From an uncultured Thiotrichales bacterium (GTDB lineage: Bacteria > Pseudomonadota > Gammaproteobacteria > Francisellales > CACEW01): a DNA stretch of 64,000 bases. The DNA lies in contig CAIQBE010000020.1 in NCBI GenBank assembly GCA_903870015.1, positions 3,143 to 67,142 on the forward strand. Reading direction: 5' to 3'. The stretch's first letter is position 1. Each line of letters begins with the position of its first letter. This document shows, in pieces, positions 39,109 to 48,771 of this stretch. Under the pieces are notes generated by a model that was given only the letters and a program-made list of their open reading frames with translations, ran no database searches and was not told the DNA's origin. The translations under genes and the position numbers were made by a program.

Positions 39109-40098
39109 TCACCTATAAAAAACAACAGATAACAAAAAATAATACGGCACTGTCAGCCAATAAAGAATTTTTGGCGTCTTTCGTAGAGACCAAATAACCC
39201 TACCTTTGACTGAAAGTCGAGCATAATTTTTTGCGCCCTCCATGTACATTTTGAATAAATCAAGTTCTTTTTTTCGTAAGAACAGCACAGCACATTGAAA
39301 ATAAACCCGTGACCTCCCCTGCTCACATGCCTCTTTTGAAGCACCATGACCCTCTGCGTAATCAATACTATACATTAAATCTTTAAATACCCCTATAATA
39401 TGATCACGTCGACTACCATTTCGAAATGAGTTCCCTTGCGTATGCTTACGATAAGTCCCCAATACCTCGCCAAGATAGCCTACTTTTCCATATTGGGCAT
39501 TTTGGATATGCCATAAAAAATCACCTACATTCGAAGCACTACAATCCATTCCTTCAGGGGGAATAGCATTTTTACGAAAAACTTTTGATGAGTGAACAAA
39601 AGAACAACCATTTTTAACTAGATAATCTAAATCATACATTTGCGAGGGGTTTGTTTTAAAAGGCCTACTCTCCCCTGCAGAATTAATAACATTCATGGAA
39701 TGCCCAGAGATAGCACACTCTGGATGTGTATCTAAAAAATTAATTTGCTTTTGTAACTTTCCTGGTAACATTAAATCATCGCCATCAAGGTGGGCAATGT
39801 ACTCGCCCTTACAAGCATCATAAATATTTATATAATTCTCATTCCCACCAACCTTACCATCATAAAAGAGTGGAATAATTTTCTCGGGGAATTGAGCAAC
39901 AAAACCTTTAATGATAGCTCTTGTAAAGTCAGTTGAATAATCATCGCCAACAATAATTTCAAATGAAAAGTTAGTCTCTTGTGATAGAACACTTTTTAAA
40001 GTAGCCGCAATAAATTTTTCATGATTATAAGTCCCTATCGCCACACTCACTTTTGGAGTGTTTGTACTGCTATTTTTATTTACCATAGATTCCATCAT
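39109..40098 (-). CDS. Glycosyltransferase family 2
   Basis: VSVAIGTYNHEKFI, GDDYSTD and HLDGDD motifs. Confidence 0.85.
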   Translation of the reverse strand: MMESMVNKNSSTNTPKVSVAIGTYNHEKFIAATLKSVLSQETNFSFEIIVGDDYSTDFTRAIIKGFVAQFPEKIIPLFYDGKVGGNENYINIYDACKGEYIAHLDGDDLMLPGKLQKQINFLDTHPECAISGHSMNVINSAGESRPFKTNPSQMYDLDYLVKNGCSFVHSSKVFRKNAIPPEGMDCSASNVGDFLWHIQNAQYGKVGYLGEVLGTYRKHTQGNSFRNGSRRDHIIGVFKDLMYSIDYAEGHGASKEACEQGRSRVYFQCAVLFLRKKELDLFKMYMEGAKNYARLSVKGRVIWSLRKTPKILYWLTVPYYFLLSVVFYR

Positions 40099-40182
40099 AA
40101 TATCTCAGCCCCTACTATTAAAATCAATAATAGTCAGATTGTTAATGTGCTTGAAGTAGTTGGCATTAAGCAAAAGTTTATC

Positions 40183-40929
40183 CTATGCCCCCTTTTCACA
40201 CATCAGGAAGATACTCGAACATAGATCGGGATATTGCTGACCAAGTTTGTAGCACCCCTCTAGATATTCTCTGGAAACAATATCTGTGCGCAGTAGCTTA
40301 TCCCATTGAAAATTTGCCAGCGCTTTAAAGAAAATTCCAGAACGATAAACGACATTGAGGCCTGCAGCCACAGCATCACATTCTAGAGTATCTAATGAAT
40401 AGGTGCAGTGATGACCATGCTCTGCTTCCGCCTGCGTGACCGCGGCGTTATGAGTGATTAAGCCCATTTTAACTGCTATTTGCCGTGAAGGTGCATTCGC
40501 ATTCGGGCAAACTAGGAATAACCGCCCATCTTCAGCCAGCCATTCGTCGTTAATGCGCTTAAGCACTAAAACTGGATCTGCTATATGCTCTAAGACATGT
40601 GTTAATACAATATTGTCATAGCGTTTGGGAAGGGTTGCTGCTTCAAATGTTGAGTTAATTAATGTGATGTTCTTCTTGCCTAATTTTTCTTTGGCTTCAG
40701 CTAAGGCGATATCTGAAGCTTCAACACAGGTAATATCATTGAAGTAAGGTAGCAGTCTTTTGGTGAAGTCGCCCTTAAAGCTTCCTAATTCAAGCAGACT
40801 GCCATTTCTAAAAAATGGCTCAAATGATTTAATCATGTAAGGATGAATGACATCGTAATCAAAGCCATAAAAATAGTTACGCCCCTCGTTATCAATAATT
40901 TCTTTATTAAAGTCTCTTGTTGTAGTCAT
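40183..40929 (-). CDS. Class I SAM-dependent methyltransferase
   Basis: 248 aa. Motif I variant LLELGSFKGDF and post-I acidic residue (VEASD). Confidence 0.75.
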   Translation of the reverse strand: MTTTRDFNKEIIDNEGRNYFYGFDYDVIHPYMIKSFEPFFRNGSLLELGSFKGDFTKRLLPYFNDITCVEASDIALAEAKEKLGKKNITLINSTFEAATLPKRYDNIVLTHVLEHIADPVLVLKRINDEWLAEDGRLFLVCPNANAPSRQIAVKMGLITHNAAVTQAEAEHGHHCTYSLDTLECDAVAAGLNVVYRSGIFFKALANFQWDKLLRTDIVSREYLEGCYKLGQQYPDLCSSIFLMCEKGA

Positions 40930-40955
40930 TTTCTTCTCCTTCTATCTATTATTTA

Positions 40956-41912
40956 TTACAAACTGACTAATTTTGCCAATCCAAACCCCTGTTTGCCAAA
41001 CTCATTGCCATTATAGAGCATATAAATATTTTCATCACACTCAAAGACATTAGGGTAGCACATCATGTCAGAATCCCATGAATTTTCTGTTCTATAAATT
41101 CCCACATTTGTATCGTCTCGAGTCCAGTTGATCATGTCATCTGAAAATGCATATCCAAGACGATAGGCATTGTTTTTATTCTGGCGAAAATCATAAGCAT
41201 TTCGATAACAAAAATACATATGGTAACGTCCACCAGCATGAAATACTGTAGGCAGTGCCTGGCACTCACTGGCCAATCTAACAGCTACAATCATTTTGCC
41301 ATCTCGCACCCAGTTTATACCATCTTGTGATGAAGCATGTGCAATTTTATAGAAGCGCTCAGGATCTATATTGGAACTCGATTGATGCCATTTGGTCCCA
41401 AAGATATACCACATGTGAAAAGTACCATTAATTACTTTGACAAAAGGATCACCAACAAGAAAAGGCTCCCTATATGTCATTGTCATAACAGGACCACCAT
41501 CTCCATACTTATTGAAATGGATGCCATTGTCTTCGCTTATCGCTAGGCCAATGCTCATATCAACTGATACGGATGTTCGTCGACTCCAGCCAGATGTGTA
41601 AGCCCATATCCTACCTTCATGCCTTAGCACATTAATGGGAAATATTCCATGTTCATCAAATTCACCAAGTCGACCCAACTCAATCACGGGATCAACTGAA
41701 ATCCTTAGTATCCTATCAAAGCTTTTATTAAAGTCAACATATTGAGGACAGCTTACATATTTGTTGTTGGCTGTTTTTTTTTGAGCACAAAAATAAATTC
41801 TAACAAAATCATCAAAAACCAGAGCTTGAGGAGATTTTGCAAACACAGTACACCCTTGTGCTAAAATATGTTCCGATGGATCAAATATTTTTCCAAGCTT
41901 TTTCCATTGCAT
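40956..41912 (-). CDS. Beta-propeller (GH32/43/68/130-like fold) protein of unknown function, paralog 1
   Basis: 318 aa. Repeated W/Y-rich blade motifs, N-terminal KIFDP and GINWVRD / INWTRDD repeats. Roughly 40% identical by eye to the next gene. Confidence 0.6.
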   Translation of the reverse strand: MQWKKLGKIFDPSEHILAQGCTVFAKSPQALVFDDFVRIYFCAQKKTANNKYVSCPQYVDFNKSFDRILRISVDPVIELGRLGEFDEHGIFPINVLRHEGRIWAYTSGWSRRTSVSVDMSIGLAISEDNGIHFNKYGDGGPVMTMTYREPFLVGDPFVKVINGTFHMWYIFGTKWHQSSSNIDPERFYKIAHASSQDGINWVRDGKMIVAVRLASECQALPTVFHAGGRYHMYFCYRNAYDFRQNKNNAYRLGYAFSDDMINWTRDDTNVGIYRTENSWDSDMMCYPNVFECDENIYMLYNGNEFGKQGFGLAKLVSL

Positions 41913-42886
41913 TATCGTAACTCTCCGTTCAGCTCAGCCAACCCGAATCCTGTTCTACCGTTACCATTTCCAGCATATAGCATATAAATTTTACCATCCA
42001 ACTCAAATACATTAGGATATGCAACCATCTCCGAATCCCACCCACTGTCAGAAATATCAAGATTGACTTGTGAATCATCACGATGCCAATGTAATAAATC
42101 CGTTGAGCTGGCATAACCAATTCTGTAACTTGCATTTTTGTTGTCACGAAAACCTAAGCCTTTACGATAGCAAAAAAACATATGATACTTGCCATTGGCA
42201 TACAAGATATCTGGACTGGCTTGCGCTTCATCATCACCTAATTTACTTGCAACAATATCACGATTTTGTTTGATCCAATTTATGCCATCCAATGAAGTCG
42301 CAATCCTTAATTTATAAATAATTTCTGGACGACCGTCATCACCCAAAATCCAACGTCGACCTGTGGTATAAGCCAAATACCATTGATCTCCATATTTTCT
42401 AATTTTAGGAGAGGTTACAACGAAGGGCTCATCTGGTGAATATGATAGAACTGGACCAGCGCCTATTTTTTCAAAATGCCTGCCTCCATCTGTGCTGCGA
42501 GCTAATCCCAAAGAAATATTGAAGGGCACCGACTCACATCGAGTCCATCCGCCATAAACAGCAATTAAATCGGAGTTATCTTTAATAACGGATACCGGAT
42601 AAGTGCCAAATTCATCAAAAGCTCCTAAGTCGCCTAGCTCTAAAACTGGCTCTTTAGAAATATTGATAATTTCAAATAAATTTTTCCGATTTAAGTCGAC
42701 AAAAGCACAGCGACTGACAAATTGCATATTGGCATCAGGCGCAGGTCGACAACAGAAATAAACCCGCACATAATCGTCAAAAATAATCACATTGGGAGCT
42801 TGCGCAAAACCAAGCATCCATTCTGGTCTATTTGGAATATTTGTAGGATCAAATATCAAGCCTTTTTTTTGCCAACTACTTTTCAT
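41912..42886 (-). CDS. Beta-propeller (GH32/43/68/130-like fold) protein of unknown function, paralog 2
   Basis: 324 aa. LIFDP, GINWIKQ, LLHWHRDD and YPNVFE..KIYMLYAGNG..GFGLA shared with paralog 1. 1-nt stop/start overlaps on both sides. Confidence 0.6.
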   Translation of the reverse strand: MKSSWQKKGLIFDPTNIPNRPEWMLGFAQAPNVIIFDDYVRVYFCCRPAPDANMQFVSRCAFVDLNRKNLFEIINISKEPVLELGDLGAFDEFGTYPVSVIKDNSDLIAVYGGWTRCESVPFNISLGLARSTDGGRHFEKIGAGPVLSYSPDEPFVVTSPKIRKYGDQWYLAYTTGRRWILGDDGRPEIIYKLRIATSLDGINWIKQNRDIVASKLGDDEAQASPDILYANGKYHMFFCYRKGLGFRDNKNASYRIGYASSTDLLHWHRDDSQVNLDISDSGWDSEMVAYPNVFELDGKIYMLYAGNGNGRTGFGLAELNGELR

Positions 42887-43500
42887 TATTTATCTCCATT
42901 TAATTGTGTCATTTGAGACTTAATCAGCCTTACTGCAGCGACAAGTAATTTGTTTTCTTCTTGAAAAATTCGCCCCCCCAGTTGCCAGGGCGTTTCGACA
43001 GGATCAACTTTAATGGTTTTTTGCAAAATTATTTGTCCCTCATCAATTCCTGCATTTACATAATGCACTGTACATCCTGCTTCTTCTTCATTGGCATGCA
43101 TTACTGCTTCTTGTACCTTGACGCCATACATACCTCGTCCACCATATTTTGGCAACAAAGAAGGATGTGTGTTGATGATTTTTAAATGCCACTTATCGCA
43201 GAAATTCTTGGGAATAATCGGCATAAATCCTGCCAATACGATGAGATCTGTACTTTGTGGAACGGCATGCTCAAAGGCCACAGAAAAAGCCTCTTTTACA
43301 CCCGAGGCATCTAGAGCTTCACAAGGAATACCATGAGCACAGGCACGATCAACAGCTCCACAAGGCCTATCAACGATTAGTTTACTTATCTCGATACCCA
43401 ATTCTTCTTGAGCATCAATCAGTGCCTGAAAGTTTCCTCCACCACCAGAAGCACAGACAACTATTCGAAAAGGTTGATTGATTATTACGTATCGCCTCAT
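42886..43500 (-). CDS. Sugar N-formyltransferase (PurN/Fmt N-terminal-domain type)
   Basis: 204 aa. INTHPSLLPKYGG motif with catalytic Asn/His, and Asp in GIDEGQII. Confidence 0.82.
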   Translation of the reverse strand: MRRYVIINQPFRIVVCASGGGGNFQALIDAQEELGIEISKLIVDRPCGAVDRACAHGIPCEALDASGVKEAFSVAFEHAVPQSTDLIVLAGFMPIIPKNFCDKWHLKIINTHPSLLPKYGGRGMYGVKVQEAVMHANEEEAGCTVHYVNAGIDEGQIILQKTIKVDPVETPWQLGGRIFQEENKLLVAAVRLIKSQMTQLNGDK

Positions 43501-43510
43501 AGGTATACCA

Positions 43511-44212
43511 CTAAATTAAATCATAATTACATAAAACAAATTTTTTGACGTCAGTGAATGCGTTAAACATCATCACATCAATGATAGAAAGATAAGGTAT
43601 AAAAGAGCCAGTGTCAAATTGTTTATATCGTACATCATTCATTTTTAGAAAAGATAAATTAATACCTGCAGCATGGAAAGCAGCTTTATCGTATAACTCA
43701 ACGCCCCCGATAGGATTAATATAATCAATAGCCTCACAGACCTGACAAATTTCCAGGACCCGCTCTTGTGCTTTTAGAGATCCAAGCTTCATATCCTCTG
43801 ACTTTAAAAATTGTGTTTTCATTTTTAAATATGCCGACAAAATATGAATACTATTTTCTATGTATTTAAAAAGATTAAGTTCCTCAAACAGAATAATTTC
43901 AGTTAAAAGCTCTATCGTATCATGAAAAAAAGGGGCTTTTCGATAGGTATTTTCTATTTGCCGTAATAACTTCTTTTTATCATTTGGATCGCAAAGCATA
44001 CGCGTATTAATTGCATCATAAGCAGAGGCTTTTTTTAAAGGCAACGTAATCCAAACCGCTCCTAAATTTTGATCTAATATTCGATTTCTATTGATATACC
44101 CGCCTTTAATGTATTGAATATCATTGTGGAATACAAAAATATCAACCGCATTCATTAATTGAAAATAACCCAAATAGGGGAATAAATAAGGCTGCATAAT
44201 CGCAAGTTTCAT
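43511..44212 (-). CDS. WbqC-family protein (function unknown)
   Basis: The start MKLAIMQPYLFPYLGYFQL is typical of WbqC-like proteins. ATGA overlap with the upstream aminotransferase stop. Confidence 0.75.
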   Translation of the reverse strand: MKLAIMQPYLFPYLGYFQLMNAVDIFVFHNDIQYIKGGYINRNRILDQNLGAVWITLPLKKASAYDAINTRMLCDPNDKKKLLRQIENTYRKAPFFHDTIELLTEIILFEELNLFKYIENSIHILSAYLKMKTQFLKSEDMKLGSLKAQERVLEICQVCEAIDYINPIGGVELYDKAAFHAAGINLSFLKMNDVRYKQFDTGSFIPYLSIIDVMMFNAFTDVKKFVLCNYDLI

Positions 44213-45291
44213 AACCCCAAACCTCGACGAATGGTACCAGATATTTTTTCTAAATCCAGTTCTGTTAACCCTGGATAAATTGGCAAACACAAAACTCTTT
44301 TTGAAAGATCTTCACTCACTGGCATTTTCACATAATCCACATAGGATAATGTATTGAGCGATGGATAAAAATAGCGCCGAGGAATGATACCTTGTACTTT
44401 TAAATCGGCAACAGCCTGTAGAAGTTGCATCTCAGTTTCAAAAATAACTGGAAAATATGCGTAATTGGCTATGGCATTCTTATGAATTGAGAGCTGAACC
44501 AAAAATGACGGTAAATGCTCCCGATAATATCGATCTATTTTTTGACGCTCGGCTAAAATACAACCCATATCTTCCAAAACACACAAACCCATCGCCGCAT
44601 GGAATTCGCTCATTTTAGCATTAATTCCAAGCCCCTCAATCTTCCCACTCCCCAGCCGATCAAAACCAAAATTTATCATGTCACTGGCTCGTTTAAAAAC
44701 AGCATCATCTTTAATAATTAATGCACCACCCTCAACCGTATGAAAGAGCTTAGTAGCGTGAAAGCTAAGTACGGAAATATCACCATAATTTAATACACTT
44801 TGCCCACAATATTTCACGCCGAAAGCATGAGCAGCATCGTAAATTATTTTTAATTTATATTGTTGTGCAATATTGGCAATTTTTTCAACCCCACAAACAT
44901 TCCCATAAACATGTACAGGCAAAATAGCAGAGGTTTTTGAGGTAATTGCTGATTCTATTTGGTTTTCATCAATACAGAATGTGCATGGCTGAATGTCTGT
45001 AAATTTAGGAGTTAAGCCTTCCCAGACTAAAGAGCTTGTGGTCGCAACGAAGCTAAAGGGACTGGTTATAACCTCATTCTGTAATCCTAAAGCCTTATAT
45101 GCTATTTGCAAGCCAATCGTGGCATTGGCAACTAAAAGCAGATTCTTTACTCCTAAATAAGCCTCCAATTTTTGGGTAAGCAATTGGACGCATTGACCAT
45201 TATTAGTCAACCAAGCAGAACTATAGATCTTTTCCAAATATTCGCAATATTTTTCTTTTGAAGGAAGATAACTTTTAACAACATTAATCAT
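44209..45291 (-). CDS. DegT/DnrJ/EryC1-family sugar aminotransferase
   Basis: 360 aa. PLP lysine in LSFHATKLF and DAAHAFG motif. Confidence 0.88.
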   Translation of the reverse strand: MINVVKSYLPSKEKYCEYLEKIYSSAWLTNNGQCVQLLTQKLEAYLGVKNLLLVANATIGLQIAYKALGLQNEVITSPFSFVATTSSLVWEGLTPKFTDIQPCTFCIDENQIESAITSKTSAILPVHVYGNVCGVEKIANIAQQYKLKIIYDAAHAFGVKYCGQSVLNYGDISVLSFHATKLFHTVEGGALIIKDDAVFKRASDMINFGFDRLGSGKIEGLGINAKMSEFHAAMGLCVLEDMGCILAERQKIDRYYREHLPSFLVQLSIHKNAIANYAYFPVIFETEMQLLQAVADLKVQGIIPRRYFYPSLNTLSYVDYVKMPVSEDLSKRVLCLPIYPGLTELDLEKISGTIRRGLGL

Positions 45292-45298
45292 AATAAAC

Positions 45299-46321
45299 TT
45301 ATTTATTTATTGTTATATTACTGGTTAAAATAATATTTTTGCACAAAATATACCCCTTACGAATATAAGCCCTTTGCTTCATCGAAAAAAATATCGACAA
45401 TATCAAGCGATGAAAGTGTTTTGCACTCACATAGGCAAGATAGAGACCACTAGCATAGTCTTTTTTTAACTGCAGCAATATATCCCGTACTTCTTTTAGC
45501 TCTTTTACTGATCGTATATGGCAAAAAATGAGTAAAACAAAATAATCACAAAATGCCTTATCTAATCTATCATGCGAAAACCGACAAATACTTCTATAAG
45601 CGATTAAAAAATCCTCCAATCTATACTTTAATGACTTCCAGCAAGTATTTGAGGTGTTAACGTTACTAAGCCGATAATGACTCAGTACTTGATGATCAAT
45701 AAAAACCCTTCCAAATAAAGCACAACAAATAACTGATTGTACATCAACATTGTAGCAATGTTCCCATTTGCCTATTTGCTTTACAATATTCATTCGATAG
45801 ACAATTCCCGACCAACAAATAAAAAGTTTGTTTTCACACCATTTTTTAAAATAATCCTCACCACTCACAATAAGATCTTGATTTTGTTTGTTATGCTGAA
45901 TTTTTTCAGCCGTCGCATAAGAACCGTTTCCTATAAAGTGATCTGTTTTTGACGCATACAGAACAATGTCATTGTCGAGCGCCATGCATTCTACTGACCT
46001 CGCGCACAATATAGGTTCAATCAAATCATCGTCTGATAAAATAAGAAGATACTCTCCCTTTGCATGCTCAGGAATTTGTTGAAAATTGGCAATGGGCCCT
46101 ATGTTTTCACTGTTTCTGACAATACGAAGTCTGTTATCATTAACAGCACAAGCCTTAATATATTCAAATGTCCCATCATCAGAGTGATTATCCAAAAGCA
46201 CTATTTCCAAATTAGGATAAGTTTGGGCTTGCGCTGATGCCAAAGCTTCTTTTAATAAAGAAAGTCGATTATAGGTTGGAATCACAATAGAAAACAAAGG
46301 AACTGAATCGCTATGCTCCAT
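45299..46321 (-). CDS. Glycosyltransferase family 2
   Basis: FSIVIPTYNR...LDNHSDDGT and SDDD motif. Confidence 0.82.
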   Translation of the reverse strand: MEHSDSVPLFSIVIPTYNRLSLLKEALASAQAQTYPNLEIVLLDNHSDDGTFEYIKACAVNDNRLRIVRNSENIGPIANFQQIPEHAKGEYLLILSDDDLIEPILCARSVECMALDNDIVLYASKTDHFIGNGSYATAEKIQHNKQNQDLIVSGEDYFKKWCENKLFICWSGIVYRMNIVKQIGKWEHCYNVDVQSVICCALFGRVFIDHQVLSHYRLSNVNTSNTCWKSLKYRLEDFLIAYRSICRFSHDRLDKAFCDYFVLLIFCHIRSVKELKEVRDILLQLKKDYASGLYLAYVSAKHFHRLILSIFFSMKQRAYIRKGYILCKNIILTSNITINK

Positions 46322-47815
46322 TTATTTAAACCCACGGGTGATTAAAAGCCTCATTATCTCACGCTCACCGGGAGTTAGCAAGATATACCAGAATAAGACA
46401 AAACTAAAAGCGCCAAAAACACCCCCTAATAAAATAATGGGCGGGATATGAGTTATATATAGAAATTTTTTGCTCATTTCTAGGAAAGAAAATAAAATGA
46501 TGCAGCATAAAATGATTGGAGCCGCATATTCAAAAACGAATTGTCTTAGCGTAATTTTTAAAAATTTTAAAGAAATCAAAACGACATACCAATTCGAAGT
46601 GAGCAATTGCCCCAAAAACACAGCCCATCCTGCGCCAACAACTCCATAACGTGGAAGAAGAAAAATTAAAAATAAAATATTTAAGGCTCCCCCTGCCCAA
46701 ACGGGAATTAAAGCAAACTTTATATAACCACAACTCATAACAACAGAAGCCAAGGTATCTTGCTGAATCTGTAATACAATCATGATAGATAAAAGTAGTA
46801 ACAAAAGATGGTTTAAATGATATTGCGGGCCCAACCAAATTGCAAAAATAAGATCTCCAAAGAAATTTAGGTAAAACAAAATGCAAACCAAAGCCAAAAC
46901 ATTAAATTTTAAAAAAATTAAAGTTGGTTGCTGTAATGCTTTGATACCTTGCTTCGCAAAAATGGAAGATATGAAGGGGAAAAGGCTCGATTGCCCTAGC
47001 ATGGCTAAAGTCATCAGTATCGTTATCGCTTGAAATGGCGGCATAAAAGATACAGCAGCTGTTGCAGTAAGATAATGCGCTACAATAGGCGCGTTAATTT
47101 GGAAGATAAAATAACCACCCAAATAAATCATAAATAATCGCCCCCCTTGGCCCAAGAGGTATTGTCTATGTTTCCTTATTTTAGTGTACGCATTGGTTTT
47201 AACTTGAGCTTTCCAAAAAGCAAGTAAAAAAAGGCTCGCACTTTGTACCAAGAAGGTGAGCGTAAAAATAAGTAAGGTTTTTACAAAACAGAGGGCTACA
47301 ATTAAAAATAAGAAACTCATTATTGTTGAAACGGATCGAAGATTTCGTTCCTGTTTTACATTTTTGCTACCATAAATAGAAGCAAGATATGGGTTCGCCA
47401 ATAATCGCAGTAAGGCAGACACTAGAAATATTAAAATGCTAATTTTTAGCTCGGGATGATCCAAAGGGGAGGTAATACCCATGAAATACCAAAAAACTAA
47501 CGGTGCACTAATCACAAAACACCCTACAGAGAGCCTACGATTTAAACTTTTTGCGGCAGAGAATAACATTTTTTTTCGTATTTCTTTACCCCCCCCCTCT
47601 GCCAGACTCGTCTCTCGGGATAACGTTTGACTAATTCCAAAATCACACAACCCAAGCATCCCATTAAATCCTATAAACAATAAAAACACCCCTGCAAATG
47701 ATGCATTAAGCTCGCGGACCACTAATCCTGAAATCAAAAATCCAAAAAGCATCGCCGTCAATAAATTGATATAATTGGCAAATATGCCCGATAAAGCTTT
47801 TTTTATGTCTGACAT
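46322..47815 (-). CDS. wzx: O-unit flippase (Wzx, MOP superfamily)
   Basis: 497 aa, about 12-14 TM segments. Position and topology are typical of Wzx. Confidence 0.75.
   Translation of the reverse strand: MSDIKKALSGIFANYINLLTAMLFGFLISGLVVRELNASFAGVFLLFIGFNGMLGLCDFGISQTLSRETSLAEGGGKEIRKKMLFSAAKSLNRRLSVGCFVISAPLVFWYFMGITSPLDHPELKISILIFLVSALLRLLANPYLASIYGSKNVKQERNLRSVSTIMSFLFLIVALCFVKTLLIFTLTFLVQSASLFLLAFWKAQVKTNAYTKIRKHRQYLLGQGGRLFMIYLGGYFIFQINAPIVAHYLTATAAVSFMPPFQAITILMTLAMLGQSSLFPFISSIFAKQGIKALQQPTLIFLKFNVLALVCILFYLNFFGDLIFAIWLGPQYHLNHLLLLLLSIMIVLQIQQDTLASVVMSCGYIKFALIPVWAGGALNILFLIFLLPRYGVVGAGWAVFLGQLLTSNWYVVLISLKFLKITLRQFVFEYAAPIILCCIILFSFLEMSKKFLYITHIPPIILLGGVFGAFSFVLFWYILLTPGEREIMRLLITRGFK
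47589..47597 (-). repeat. Poly-G9 (coding strand) homopolymer inside wzx
   Basis: Plus-strand C9 counted at 47589-47597, encoding GAG GGG GGG GGT. An A8 tract (plus-strand T8 at 47569-47576) follows 12 nt downstream. Confidence 0.9.
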
Positions 47816-48315
47816 AACAATGTTCTCAAAAGAGCCTCTTTAAAATTAACACGATTATATAATCCTAGAGACGTTTTTGCTAATTCAATACTGGGAACAT
47901 AACGGCTAATTTCTATGGGATCTGTGAGGGAGGATAGTGTAAGCGACAAATGAGGCTCAGCTATCTCAGCAACAAATTGAGCAACCTCCTGCAAAGTATA
48001 ATCTTCAGCAGAGCCAACATTATAGGGATTAACGGACTGCCCTGAGACTAAAATAGTCCACAACCAAATGACTAAATCAGAAGGATATTGATAACATAAG
48101 TGTTCAGACATACATTTTCCAAGACTATAGGCACCACGCACACCGTATAGATTGGGAGCTATCGACATGGATTCACTTAAATGCTTGACATCTAAAGGCT
48201 GCTCACCATAAACAGCTCCAGAACTTGTTAGCAATATTTTGGGTTGCATTTTTAATTGGCGACAAAAATCTAACAAGTGTCTCGTACCATTGATAATAGT
48301 ATCTAGCATTTCCAA
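47803..48315 (-). pseudogene. Truncated extended-SDR epimerase/reductase (no Rossmann N-terminus, internal deletion)
   Basis: Begins at the NGTRHLL region, about residue 85-90 of such enzymes. Keeps the YSLGK catalytic dyad but lacks GxxGxxG. About 50 residues are missing before NPYNVGS. Confidence 0.7.
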
Positions 48316-48740
48316 AGACGCATTTTCAATTCAGGAAAACTCACATCAGAAAAACCATCACCATAGGTAAAACAAAAATCATCTTGATCTAAATAAGATT
48401 TAACACGCTTTAACCACACTCCCGTCATCGTTTCATCGCCCGTACCTACAAAGGTAATTTTCCAGGGCTCAGCATATTTTTGATGCACTTCCATTTTGTT
48501 ATGCTGCATATCAAAAGCGACATCAGACATATGCAAAAAATAATTTGCAAAATACTCTTTAATGACATAGCCTTTATAGGCCAAGCAAATAAGAAAATCA
48601 TTAATGCCGTAGTGGGAATAAATTTTCATGATATGCCATAAAATAAGCCTGCCACCAATTTCTACCATGGGTTTGGGACGAAGGGAGGTCTCTTCAATGA
48701 TTCTTGTACCCAACCCTCCTGCTAAAATAACTGCTTTCAT
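48303..48740 (-). pseudogene. Truncated glucose-1-phosphate cytidylyltransferase (N-terminal 137 of about 256 residues)
   Basis: 21 differences over the first ~137 residues against the intact rfbF at 54959-55729 (hand count). It then diverges and runs into the SDR fragment. Confidence 0.8.
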
Positions 48741-48771
48741 AGTAATTCCAAGTTTAATAATATCAGCTTCT

